From: Rhizaria sp. SCN 62-66
Taxonomy: Eukaryota
DNA length: 64,000 bases
Direction: 5' to 3'
Assembly (NCBI GenBank): GCA_001724265.1
Contig: MEDY01000255.1
Coordinates: 1 to 64,000 of the forward strand
Each line of letters starts with the position of its first letter. Position 1 is the first letter of the stretch. A program made the translations under genes and the position numbers. A model generated the notes under the pieces. It was not told the origin of the DNA. It saw nothing but the letters and a program-made list of their open reading frames with translations, and searched no databases. Below, one piece after another: positions 22,953 through 34,934 of the stretch.

Positions 22953-25900
22953 TTAAGCCCTGCAGCGCTTGACGATGGGACGCAGCTTGCTCGAGAGCTC
23001 CATATCCTTTGCAGTGAGCAAGTAGCGCTTGACAAACTCCTCTTCCATCATGAACTCCGTCTCCTTGGTGCGAATCTTGAGAGCGTCCTCCGCCATGAAG
23101 ACCGCAACTTCGAGGCGCGCTTGCACTGGCTCGGCGTCGAGCACAGCGTACACACGCGCCCGGCGGCGGTTGTAGCGCAGCTCTGCCATGAACGCCTCGG
23201 TGATATAGTAGTTCTTCTCGCGGTTCTCGGTGCAGGTGCGCACGTGCGTATGCGCATCGCCCTTGATGTAGTACTTCATGCACACACCACAGAAGTCGTG
23301 CTTGCACGTGTCGCAGCGCACGGCAGCGCAGTTGACCCAGTCGAACACGATGACGCCGCAGTCGGGGTTCGGGCATTTGTCTTGAAGAGCATCGCGCAGC
23401 GCCGCTATTAAGTCGGCGTGGCGGTCCTCAACGGCAGCACCATCGCCCGCGTTGCCGCCAACGGCTTGAGTTTGCTTGCACGTCCTGCAGGCAAACATCG
23501 TGGCACCACCAGCTGTGAAGAAAAAAGAGTTGGTATTAAACAATGAGAGAGATGTGTGTAAAGATCGAGCGAGCATAATACACGTACACTATGAGCAATG
23601 AACAATACATCCGAATATAAAAATCAAACTTATAACAGCATTTCCGGCAGTATCGGTAAAGATACAAAATACGCTTGTTTCAATGATAAAGTTTAATAAC
23701 GTACTCGGTAAAGCCCTGCGCTGAATCTCAGAGCAGTTCGTTGTGGGACACTTGACGTAGGCTTCCTTGTTCTTGGAATCAATAAGGAAGTTGTCGCGCT
23801 CCCACTTGAGCATCGTCTCAAACTCACCGGGCCCGAAGGCGGAAATGGGAATGTCACTAAGCGGCAACTTCTCCTTGCACCCATGCGCGCAGCATTTGCA
23901 GCGGTTCTGCTTCAACTGGTTGACAACAGCAGGAAGGCAGTCGTGGCACGCGACATGGTTGCACACACTGGACGCCATGCCCAGGTTGTGACGGAGCACT
24001 TCGTCGCCGCAGAAGATCAAACACTCGTTGCTGGCAAGCGCGACCTTCTTCTGAGCCGTTTCGAGCATCTGGCGCGTCTCCAATGCCTGCTTCAGGTTTT
24101 CAACCTTTGCACCGGAGCCTGACACCAGATACACGGAGCTGCGTGCAGCGTTGTGTGTTGTGCCCACAAAGATGTAATCAACGCCGCTGCTCTTAAGCAG
24201 CTTCTCAACTTCGCCTGCCTTGATGGAGCTCTTGATCTCGATGCGATCGTCGACAACTGCGTAGCCGGCCAGCTTAGCGGTAAGGTCTTGGATCGCAGTA
24301 AGCAACGCGTTGCAGGCCGTCACGCTGCCGTAAATGTCAACCGAGGTCGTATTGTGATTCACCTCAGCCCACACAGGCAGCTTCGACTTGAACTTGTTCT
24401 GACTGCTACCATGCTTGCTCTTCTCTGCCTCCTTAGCCTTGGCCACTTCCTCCATCTGCTTCTTGCTGCGGTGCAATTTGAACAGCCCACCCAAGTGGTG
24501 CGTGCCGGTCGGGCCCGTAAGGCGGGGGAACACGTGGACAAGCGTGCCGTTGTCGGGCCGCTTGAATATGTCAATGCGGTGAGATTTGAACACAAACTCG
24601 GTGTCAAAGTACTTGCGCGCAGCCTCGATCGCGGAGTCTTCGCCGGCGACAAGAATGCTGTACTTGCCGTCTGTGTGCACCCCAGGCATAATCCGGCACT
24701 CAGCACCCTTGGTGATTTTGCGGAGCTCCTCGATGATCTCGTCGCCCATCGACATGCCCACGTCAACAGGCAGCATGATCTGCAGTAGCGCCCAGATGCG
24801 CTGGCAAAGATTGCGGCCGAACCTGCTCACGTCGCCCGTGTTTCCTCCAGGAACGTTGCCTTCAATGTACGCGTACTGGCGCGACTGGCTGCGGTCAATG
24901 GCGACGGCAACCCGGGTCACTGCGTCCGACGCAAACGCGGTCGGAAGCTCGAACTCGCCCCTCGCCACCCAGCTCATCTCACTGACGCCCTTCTTGTAGA
25001 TCACTTCCATGCCGCGCGCCTCGCCTGCAAGTGGGACCACGGTCTCAGTCGTCTGCTTTAAGGCAACGTTGCCACGAAAAACGGGGTGATTGTTCAGTGT
25101 TGTATGCACCTGAAGAGCAGCTTCCTGGGAGACGCAGATGAGCGTTACTGTCATCCGCTTCTTGTCCTGGTCGCCGCGCTCGAACGTGATGGTGGGCACC
25201 TTGCTCCCACAAGACGGCAGATAGCATTCACGGAAATAATGCTCGTCGTCGTCGCGCTCGTCAGAGTCACTGCGGCAAGCAAATGAGACAGTCAGCGTTG
25301 CTGTTTCACCATGACACAAGATGTCATAAACTTCGAGGCCAGGGCCGCAAAGCAGTGCCACGTTGGCCCCAATGTCGATTTGGCGGACTTCAGTAAGCTT
25401 GCGCAAATGCACATCCTGACGATACCGTTCGAACTCGTAGAATGCCAGGGCGGCCTTATCGTTGGCTTGAGGCGCGCGCACCATGACACCGGAGGCATCA
25501 GTCACAATAGTGCAGCCGTACCTCTTCTCAAAGCGTTCGCGAGCTGTCTGCGTAGGGAACAACGCGTCCGACTCACCAAGGTTAAGCGTGTAAAACTTGC
25601 TCTTGGTGACGGTTTCATCGGCTAAAGTGCGGCACTTTTGGTAAAACTTGGCGCTGCAATCGGCGATCCACTCCAGTTCGATGGGCACCGGCGGCGTCGT
25701 AATGACGCACTGGCCATGAGAGGCGTGCGCAGACACGTAGATTGCCCACTCGCTGAGATCGCGAATTGCCGCGGCGGACTGGCAACGCCAGTTAACCAGA
25801 ATCTTGAGACTGCTTGCGCTAGTGTAATATGCGTGCTGGTTGACGGTCAAGCCGACGTCGTTGTTGAGCTTGCGGATTGCGTGCGTAAAGTAGCCCGCTG

Positions 25901-28808
25901 TGACGCAACGGAACACGTCTTCGTCGCGAACGTCATCTTTAGTAACTGTTCCGCTCAGAAAGAACGGGTTCGCAGTTGCATACGAAGTGGCAAACGTAAT
26001 GTTGCTGGTGAAGTACTTCGTAAACACACCAGTCATGTGTTCAACCCAGTTTTGTGCCAGCTTAAAGTACTGCTCCGACAGCTTCGATTTCTTGATCAAA
26101 GCCGTGCGTTCCCGCGGAGACCCCGAGTTCCACCAGGTTAAGATCGAGCGAACACACGTCTCTACACTTACGGACGCCTGAGTGCTCTTCAAGCTCTCGA
26201 CGGCATCAACACCAGGCAAAAGGTTGTTGTCAACTGCCGCACTGCTGTCAGCGGAAACTTCAGCAACAAAGCCCGGACTGGAGATGTGAACGTAATGCAA
26301 TGCAGCAGCGACGACGACGCCAAACATGATGTTCTTACGTTTGGCGCCTTCAAGAATGACCTGTGTAAGCTCAATAGGACAGCCAGTAGCAACGCTCATT
26401 TTGCCGCTGTCCGTGGCACGGAAAGGCTCAGTGTCGATGGCGCACAGCTCGGTAAGATCATCTAGCGCGTGTTCCACAAGCTCTCGCGAGGGCTCGTCAA
26501 ACCAGCTAAAATCATAGGGCGTTTGTCCCAGCGACGCAAGGCAAAGTACCGTAGTTTGCAGAGGTTGGCACAGCACAGCAGCAATGTTGGCCTTGTCAAA
26601 GCGCTTGAGCGCGGTGTGGCTGTAGAGGCGCACACAGTGACCTGGACGAGTACGACCAGCGCGTCCCTTGCGCTGCTCAGCCGACGCCTTCGAGATGGAC
26701 TTCAGCGACACGTGCGCAAGGTGCGTCTTGGCGTTGAACTCGCTGGCTGAACGCAGGCCGGGGTCGATAACCACGGTCACGCCGTCAATCGTCAGTGACG
26801 TTTCGGCAAATTCGGTCGCCAGGTACACGACGAACTCGTTGTTCTTGATCTTAGCTGCAATCTGATCCTGCGCAGCCTTCGAGGCAGCCTTGCCCTTGCC
26901 CTTGCCCTTGCCCTTGCCCTTGCCCTTGACTTCGCCTGCGGCGGGCTGACTACTAGATTCGTTAATGGATTCGATGTTGTTCGCAGGCTCAAGGTGTCCG
27001 TCAGCATCGGTCATGGTCACTACAGTGAACTTGCCGTCATTGGGCATCGCGTGTGCAGCGTTGGTCTGCTCAAGAGACTTCCTCGCCTGCTCGATGTGCC
27101 CATCCGTCGGCAGGAACACAAGCACGTTACCCTTCAGCGGACCGCAGAGGTTGCCGCGCAGACAGCGGGTAATGACTGATACAACTGAGCCAACGAGCGT
27201 GTGAGATGTAAAGGGCGTGACGGGTGGCACGTATTTGATGTCGACCCAGTTGCGCTGGTCCTTAATGTCAACCTTGCCCATGCGCAGATTTTCGCCAGCG
27301 GCGCTGCCGGTGAAGTACTTGCTGAAGGCCTCCGAGTCGATGGTGGCTGACATGACGACGACCTTGATGCCCATGCGCACAGCCTTGGTGGCGAATGAGA
27401 GCAGGATATCGCTCTCGACAGTGCGCGCGTGCGCCTCATCAAGCACCAGGCAGCCAAGAGTGGCATTCGGCACAAACGCACCCTTTGCAGCAAACGTGCC
27501 GTGAGGCGAGCGCGTTACCGCCTCGCGGTATGCGCTAATAGCGTCCATCTCAGCGGCGTAGGCAATGCGCGTCGCTTCTGTTGCACCACTGCAGTCCGCT
27601 CCAAGAAACGAAACACCCGAGCCGCCATCCTTAGCCGTAACACCGTCATTTGTCAAAAGTTTGCAACCTTGCACAGCGCCAGGGTCCGCATCTGGGTCAC
27701 TCTTGAGCAGCTCGAACACATTGCTGTAAGCGCCGTTGTAGACGGTCTGCACGTACTTGGACAGCTCTTCGGCCGCCATGCGGTGCGGCTGCGTGCACAG
27801 CACCGCCTTGCCTTGCATGAAGTTCAGCTCGGAGACGAAGATGGGCACCTGCGTGCTCTTGCCGCAGCCGGGCGCACCGGTGATGATGACAACGTCGTTC
27901 TTCTGCAAAGCGTCCTCGATCTCCTTGCGGTGCCAGCGCACCGAGTGCTCGCCCAGCAGCAGACTCGCCTCACGCCACAGGTAACGCACCATAGCGTTGT
28001 CGGTTAGCTCCGCGCCGCTAATCCGCTCAACGCGCGCGTCAAGCTCAGTCGAGTACTCATCGAAGCAGAGTCGCAGCTCGTCGCGGTCGGCGCCGCGCAG
28101 CGCCGACTGAGGGCCGAAGTAAGTCGACTCGACGTGGTCGCGGACAAGTTGGAGCTGGATTTTTGCGTGCTTGACGAGCTCTGCAGGGGTATACTTAACA
28201 TGGGGCGCCTCCTTCTTCTGGGCCGGGGCAGGACCCTTGCCGGAGGCGCCCTTCTTAGCAGGCTCATGTGGAGTCATCGGCGGAGTGCGGCGACCCTGCG
28301 CGATCGTCGTGTAGCTCTTTGTCGCACCTGTAGAGCTTGGGCTGACAGCTAGAACCTGGCCTGGCTCTTGGTCGTTGTGCTCAGGAGCGGACGCTGGCTT
28401 GTTACGCGCCCCCTTGCTGGCAGTCTTGGCTTTATGTGAGTGCTCGACTTTCTTCTTGAAATCAGGATCATCTTGGTGAATGTAATGGCAGCGGCGAGAG
28501 CCTGGGACGTCGCAAGCGCTACGGAGGGCGTTCCTGCCACAAGCCATAAAAAAATTCGCATGGCGAAAGGCGCAAGTTACAGAGGCAGCGTTCAGACCCT
28601 CACACAGACCTTTACGGACGTATGGACAGAGCGGGACGGCGTGCTCATTACAGTTGAAGTGAACACAGTTTTCACCGTAGCAACCCTTCTTGGGCTTGGG
28701 GCCTGCTGGATGAGGCGGTCGTGAATGGGCAGGAGCAGCTGCTGAGTTCGCGGGCTGCTCGGTAAGCTGGTCCTTGTCCTTAGAAAAGAGCCGATTGAAG
28801 AAGTCCAT
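22953..28808 (-). CDS. DEAH-box RNA helicase fused to N-terminal CCCH-like fingers and a C-terminal RING-IBR-RING (RBR) E3 module, 2 exons: 28808-23705, 23512-22953 (~1,887 aa)
   Basis: Helicase motifs GAPGCGKSTQ, LDEAH, MSAT, AETSLTIDGV, QRKGRAGR. Cys/His clusters CNHVACHDC, CPTTNC..CRTC, CPNPDC...CAAVRCDTCKHDFCGVC. Phase-1 GTACGT..CAG intron, TAA stop. Confidence 0.88.
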
Positions 28809-29151
28809 CTTCAAACCAGGGGGTGTAAACCGTCGTATGTACGAGTTGGTTTACCCTCCTGCTAACTGTAGGAGGATGGGGAAAGGAGAGGAATGGTTTG
28901 CAAATGAAGTTGTGCTAAATGATAAACGACGGTTTTCAACCCTTTTCACGTCGAGTACGAACTATTTACAGTTGTCCATCTAAAGTCATTGGTTGGATTT
29001 CGTGGATTTCATCGGATCTTTTGTTCCGAAAGGTAAGCCGCGGCTTATTTGGTCTTGAATCAATCCATAATTTATTTTTTCTAATGCGGATAGAGGGTTT
29101 TTTTTTCTTTTTATTTCGTCGATTTCAGTTGCGTGCAACTCTTATGTTACC

Positions 29152-29418
29152 AACTCACACAACAGAATGGGCCATAAAATCGTGTATCTGTGAGCAGGAC
29201 ATTGCCAACTGAGCGGCTTATCATATGGTTCATGTATTTGACCGTGACAGATGAGACAGTTGTCAAGAAATACATGATCTTGAACCATAAAATGATCATT
29301 TTATTCATATTCTCATTGACATAATATATATAGACAAACCCCTAGAAAACACCGGTAAACCCCGCTACGTGATGCTCAAGTGGTTGACCGTTTTATGGCC
29401 GATTCTGTGGTGTGAGTT
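29152..29418. mobile_element. MITE-like element candidate with ~30 bp imperfect terminal inverted repeats
   Basis: AACTCACACAACAGAATGGGCCATAAAATCG (29152-29182) versus CGTTTTATGGCCGATTCTGTGGTGTGAGTT (29389-29418), around an AT-rich non-coding core. No clear target-site duplication. Confidence 0.45.
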
Positions 29419-29523
29419 ACCATGTCGAGGAATTGTTACCGCCGACATTTAGCATAAAATACCAAGTCTCACAGGCTCACATTGGGGCAAACACCACCCA
29501 CGGTCGTTTCGGGGCGGGTATAT

Positions 29524-29678
29524 AAAGGTGGCGTTTTCCTGTGAACACAGACTTCTCTTTTCTGTGAAAACAACAATAACATTACAATATACTTGATTCT
29601 TATTGTTTTCATAGAAATTGAGAGTCTGTGTTCACAGGAAAACGAAGTAACAGTGTATACACAAGAAACGCCACCTTT
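29524..29678. repeat. Long fold-back / nested inverted repeat
   Basis: Perfect 22 bp arms at 29532-29553 and 29623-29644, an inner 15 bp pair at 29559-29573 / 29603-29617, and an alternative outer pair AAAGGTGGCGTTT / AAACGCCACCTTT (29524-29536 / 29666-29678). Confidence 0.85.
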
Positions 29679-30411
29679 AAATCGCGGCCGGAAATTGCTG
29701 TCAGAGGGAATTTTGTGCAGAATGTCGGCGGTACCAGGAATGTTTCGGTTGGTGTGTTATTGTGAACATTGAAACCGCACAAAACCATGATTTTGCCCGG
29801 TTAGAAACATGATTATTAATAATACAAACCACCACCCAAGCCAATTGCAGCTTTAGTGTACTGGTACTGTATGAGTCTAATAGATGATCGCACATGCATA
29901 ACCCATCATAACATTCTCACAACTCACACATCAGTTGCATGTCGTTCACTGTCACGTTCGTTCGCACCACGAGAACAACTGCGAACGTTGATAAGAGGTT
30001 GTAATTGTGGTTGTATTAATATTTTCACACTTGGCGGCCCAAACAAGAAAAATAGGTACTCCTTGCTTGTAGATTGCTGTGTAGAGAATATGTACTCGTA
30101 CATGGCTGGTATGCGGGGCTACAGCCAAGTTGTCAGCAACGGTCGTGCGACCAACGTCCACTGTTACACACGTGGCGCACGCGATGACAAAGAGGCGTGA
30201 TGGTCACAGTCATCACTCATGATTGACTGTGTAACGATACAACTTCTTTGTTTTTGTTACACCGCTGCCACGTGCTATTGCGGTGACCGTTGATCATTAT
30301 TCAACACTGCTTCAGCTCACAACAAAGGATCCATGCAACACTTCTTAGTCAGGTGACAGAACGGTCAGAATAGGTCGAAGTGCGTCATATTGATGGGTAC
30401 TTGGTTGGCGC

Positions 30412-32165
30412 TTAGCCGAGACGGGGGACGGCCCACCAGATGTACTCCTCGCTGCCGAGGCAGTTCTCACCGGCAATGACGTGGAAGACGCCGTTGACGT
30501 CACCCTGGAGCGGATACAAAGGCGAGCAAGCAGGAAGCAGGAAAAAAAAGAAGAGCAGAAAGTGCAATTAAAGTGAGTTATACTGTCGCATATATCATTT
30601 CAGAGGTCTTAAAAATGCGAAACGTTGCAAGATAAACAACCATGACGATGAAGCTATGATATTGTCGCAATAAATTCCCGTGTTTCGTCGTCGACGTACC
30701 GAGTTGGGTCCCCAGGAGTTGACCATGACCCAGAGGGTGCCGTAATCCTCGTGCTCGCGCCAGCCGATAATGCGCACGACGTGGTTCACGTACTTATCCT
30801 GCGCCGCGCAGTTGTCGATGATCACAGGACTGGGGCCGGTCACGTTGAGGAGCTGCATAGACAGGCACAAACAAGAGAGAGGAGTAGGATTGTGAGTTGT
30901 CATTCAAACAGAGCGAGATGGTTGATATTTAAGCAGAAACGAATAATAAAGCACCATAAAAAGAAGAAACAGCGTTTGCATGTGGCGCAAATTAACATCC
31001 ACGTCCCACAGCGTTATGCTATGATACAAGATTCGAACGACTAAGTCGACGTTAGTCGCTGCTATGATACGTACGGGGATGGCGTTGATGCCGGCCGAGA
31101 CGGGGCCGCGGGCGTAGATCTCCTTCTTGATCGAGTCAACATCAGAGTCGGTGGAGCCGTACTCGTCGACGAAGACCGTGGTGTAGTTCTTGAGGGGCCA
31201 GCAGGTGCCCGAGCCGTAGGGGCCGGAGCAGTCGCCGCAGCGGCGGGCGGGGGTGCACTCGCCGTTGCTCGCCTGGAAAGCGGTCATTTGTCAAAGTACA
31301 CAGGGTGAAAACACAAGGTGTGAAGAGTTGTTTGAAATGATGCAGTACGTACGAGAACAATCGCAATAATAGATGCCACTGGTGCATGACTTCTGGAAAA
31401 ATTTTGTCATTTTGCGCAACTGAGAAGGCTTTCCTCTTCAGTTGATTTGCTTGGCATATCGTATCGTGGTTGACCGTACCTCGTAGGGGGCGCAAGCCTC
31501 AATGGGGAGACCGTTCTTCTTCATGTAGGCGAACATGCCGTTGCTGGTGCCGCCGTTGCAGGAGCCGGCGGAGCCGCGGCCGCAGTTCAGAACGTCCTAG
31601 GAGACACGAGGGAAAACAATCGAACAAACAAGCAGATAAAAACAGTTAGATATGTAAGGAGACGCGAGAGTTACTAGGAAGGCACGTGCTCAGTTCAATA
31701 GTTCATTATGCTGCGATTGATTCGAAGAGACGACGGTCTCACAGAACGTCTGGTATCCCGTGGAACAGCATGCAGCATAAGCCAATCCAGTTACGGGAAT
31801 TGTAAAATTGATTGACGCACCTGGATGGCGACGGAGATGTCGGGGTAGGCGTTCTTGCGCATGATCTTGAGGCGGTCCACGACCGAGGACGCAGTGCCGT
31901 GAGCCCAGCAGGAGCCGCAGTACTGGGGCACGTGCTGGTTGAGGACGCGCGAGACGTAGTTGACACCGTCGACGTTGGCCCAGGTGAACTCCTTGGGGAG
32001 GTCGGAGGACTTGAGGTAGGTCTGGGGCAGCGCGGAGCGGATCACGGGCTTGTGGTGGGCGAACTGGTGGACGTCGCGGAGAACCTCGTTCTTGTACTCG
32101 AACGCGGCGGACAGGGACGCCAGGGCGGCGATCGCGGCAACCAGGAACACGACGGTAAAACGCAT
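30412..32165 (-). CDS. CTSZ: Cathepsin Z/X-like papain-family cysteine protease, 5 exons: 32165-31821, 31596-31480, 31272-31075, 30852-30700, 30504-30412
   Basis: Signal peptide, short propeptide, NQHVPQYCGSCWAH with the cathepsin-Z mini-loop, catalytic His (VNHVV) and Asn (NSWG). All introns are phase 0, TAA stop. Confidence 0.92.
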
Positions 32166-32975
32166 CGGGTGCTTGCTGAACGTCGGGGAAGAAAAAACAG
32201 AAACGTGGCCAACAAAAGCGAACGCGATGGGCAAAGAACAGAGAGCAAAGTAAAAGAAGGGGTCACGCATGAGCGTGCGAGTTGTCCAAGAGCAAGAAGA
32301 AAGAGAGGTGTAAGAATAAAAGCCATTGGTTCAGTTGAAGAAACTCAAAGAATAGTTGAGAGTTACACTGCTATCGAAGGGCGAAGTGTGTTCATGACGG
32401 TAGATACCGATAACGATAAGTATCGGAGCCTTGTGCGAGCGGTTGGAGAGAAGCCTTCTTTCCAGCACATTCAGAGCCGTCAAACTCACAAGATAGATAT
32501 CGAAGAAACGAGACACACATGGACACTTTGCAAGAAGTCTGTTCACAGTCCACGGGCATGACACACGCTGTCCACATCGCACACGTTGGCTCCGCAGATT
32601 GGGACAAGCGACGTCTCTTTTGATCTCCCGGTTCGGTCGGTCGGTCGGTCCGTCTCAGCTGGTTCGCCACAAACGGTTTCGTGTGCCTTGCTGCTCACAG
32701 TCACTTAGTGCTGCTCTTTGGCTTGTGGCTGGCGGGTTCTGAGCCAAAGTCGGAGTTTGGACTTAAAAGCGTCTTTGTCGTGAGGCTACTTCGATGATAG
32801 TTCTTCTGATGCGCATATGGAATTAACATGTTTTGTTTAATAACAATATCAAATTGGTGAATCGCGACACGTTCGTTTGTACGTCCTTTTCTGCTGTTTC
32901 CGATTCTCGTCACTCACCGTCTTGTTCTCGACTGTTCCTTCCTTATCTCCCTTCGCTTTTCGCCCATAGTACACT

Positions 32976-33784
32976 ATGCCCCCGTCCCGTTCTCGTTCCC
33001 GCCTCTTCGGCACCAAGCCCGCTGCGTACGTCCATCTTCTGCCCGCTTTTCCGCCGCCATCTTTGCGTCATAATTGACCTCTTAAACCCTCTCGCTCGCT
33101 ATCCTTCTCATCGCATTCCTGATCCCAATTCCGCCGGCCTCTCTCTCGCGCTCACTTCGACCATCCGCCGCATCTCCTTCGACACCGGCTTACATCGACC
33201 TCTATTCTATACTGCTATAATTTTCTTTTCTCTCTCCGCGCTCCCCTTTGCGTTGTACCGTGCTTAGTCCCGCCCCCGCGCGCGCCCCCGCCCCCGCGCC
33301 CACCCGCACCGTCGCGCCCGCCCCCGCCGCAGCCCCCGTCGCACACTCGGCCCCCGCGGCCCCCGCGGCCCACCACGCGCCCGCGGCGCCCATGGCCTCC
33401 CCCATGGCGCCCCCGATGCAGGCCCCCATGGGCGGCGGCGGCGGCTTCCTCAAGACGATGGCCGACGGCCTTATGTTCGGCACCGGCTCTGCCGTCGCGC
33501 ACCGCGTCGTCGACGGCATCATGGGCCCCCGCACCGTTGTCCACGAGCACACCGGCGCCGCCGCCGCCCCCGCCAGCGACGCGCCCGCCGCCGCATCCTC
33601 GATGGCTCCCGCCGCCGCCGCCGCGCCGGTGGCTGCGAGCTCGACTGGAGAGATGCAGGCGTGCTCACTCGAGCGCGTCGAGTTCGAGCGCTGCATGCGC
33701 AACAACAACTCCAACATGGAGGCCTGCAAGAGCATCTACGACGTCCTCTTCTCCTGCCAGCAGACAATGAACAACTTTAAGTAA
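32976..33784 (+). CDS. CHCHD2: CHCHD2/CHCHD10/Mix17 family mitochondrial protein, 2 exons: 32976-33025, 33268-33784
   Basis: Central MADGLMFGTGSAVAHRVVDGIMG helix and twin CX9C motif. TAA stop. Confidence 0.9.
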
Positions 33785-34934
33785 GCATGTCAGCACGTGG
33801 AAACTGCACTCCGACGACAACGACACCGAAGAAGCGCGCCACACGTGAACACGTGAACACCAAACGTCGTTAGTGACTGAGCCACCATAACTGGTGGCTT
33901 CGCAACGCGGGTTTGTATTTCTTTGTTGCGATTTCTTTTTGTTTAGGGGGATAATAACATATTTTGAAATGATTACTTAGTTGAATTCGTCGTCTTACGC
34001 GCGGCTTTTCACGATACTGACTCGATATGCTCGCCGAGAGCCTTATCGCAAGTGATGTCAGTTTTTGGCTTAAACGCGTTATCAAGAACAACGATCATAT
34101 GAACAAAAGAAAAAAATTATAAGAAAAATACACAATAATTTAACCCACACGCACACTTCTGACTCGATATGGACTTGTATATCGTTTCAGTGTCTCCTGT
34201 AAAGCACTTAGCTTGCACACTGCTGGTGCAGCGGACAAGCAACACCGGGTTAACTTAGAACATGTGTATCTACGGTTAATGACCGACGATAGAGCAATGG
34301 GGCAAATCAGGGTCTTAACCCGATGTTTCAAGCGTAGCCTTCTTATTATATAGGCTGGTATGTATCTTTGCATATGTTGCGATGTGCCTGGGCAAGCCGA
34401 TCGCAGACTGGATGCTGAGACTGTCGCACATGCTCTCGTTGACATCATTATTGCTTGAAATGCCATGCCATGTGAGACGATACGACGTGCCCCTGCGTGA
34501 TTGCGTGACAGCCTGCCTGCGGTTTTAAGGTGTTCACGTTTGCACTCGCACGAGTTGCTTTCATTCACTTTAGCCTTAGTGCTGTGCGATGAAGGTAGCG
34601 TTACCTGGAGAGCACTAGCGCTGCGTATTCATCACAGCTCGCACTAAAGCAACGAGATTAGGCATTGAACGACAATTTTCCACTGAACACCAACGCGGTG
34701 ACTCACGATGTATTTGTCTTGTCTCTCTGCGTTCTTCGTTAGTTCGCACCAGCTACTCAAATTGTTCTGGAGCAGCGTGAAGCACTAAAACAACAATCTA
34801 GTCCTATCAATCAAACAGTGTCAAGATCCAAAGTTGCAAAGACTACTAAAACACGCGCATGTATATTATATCCCGCTATAACCTCACTCAACGTCGATAC
34901 TGCTTTCTATCTTCTCTGTGTTTGCAGATCAAGC

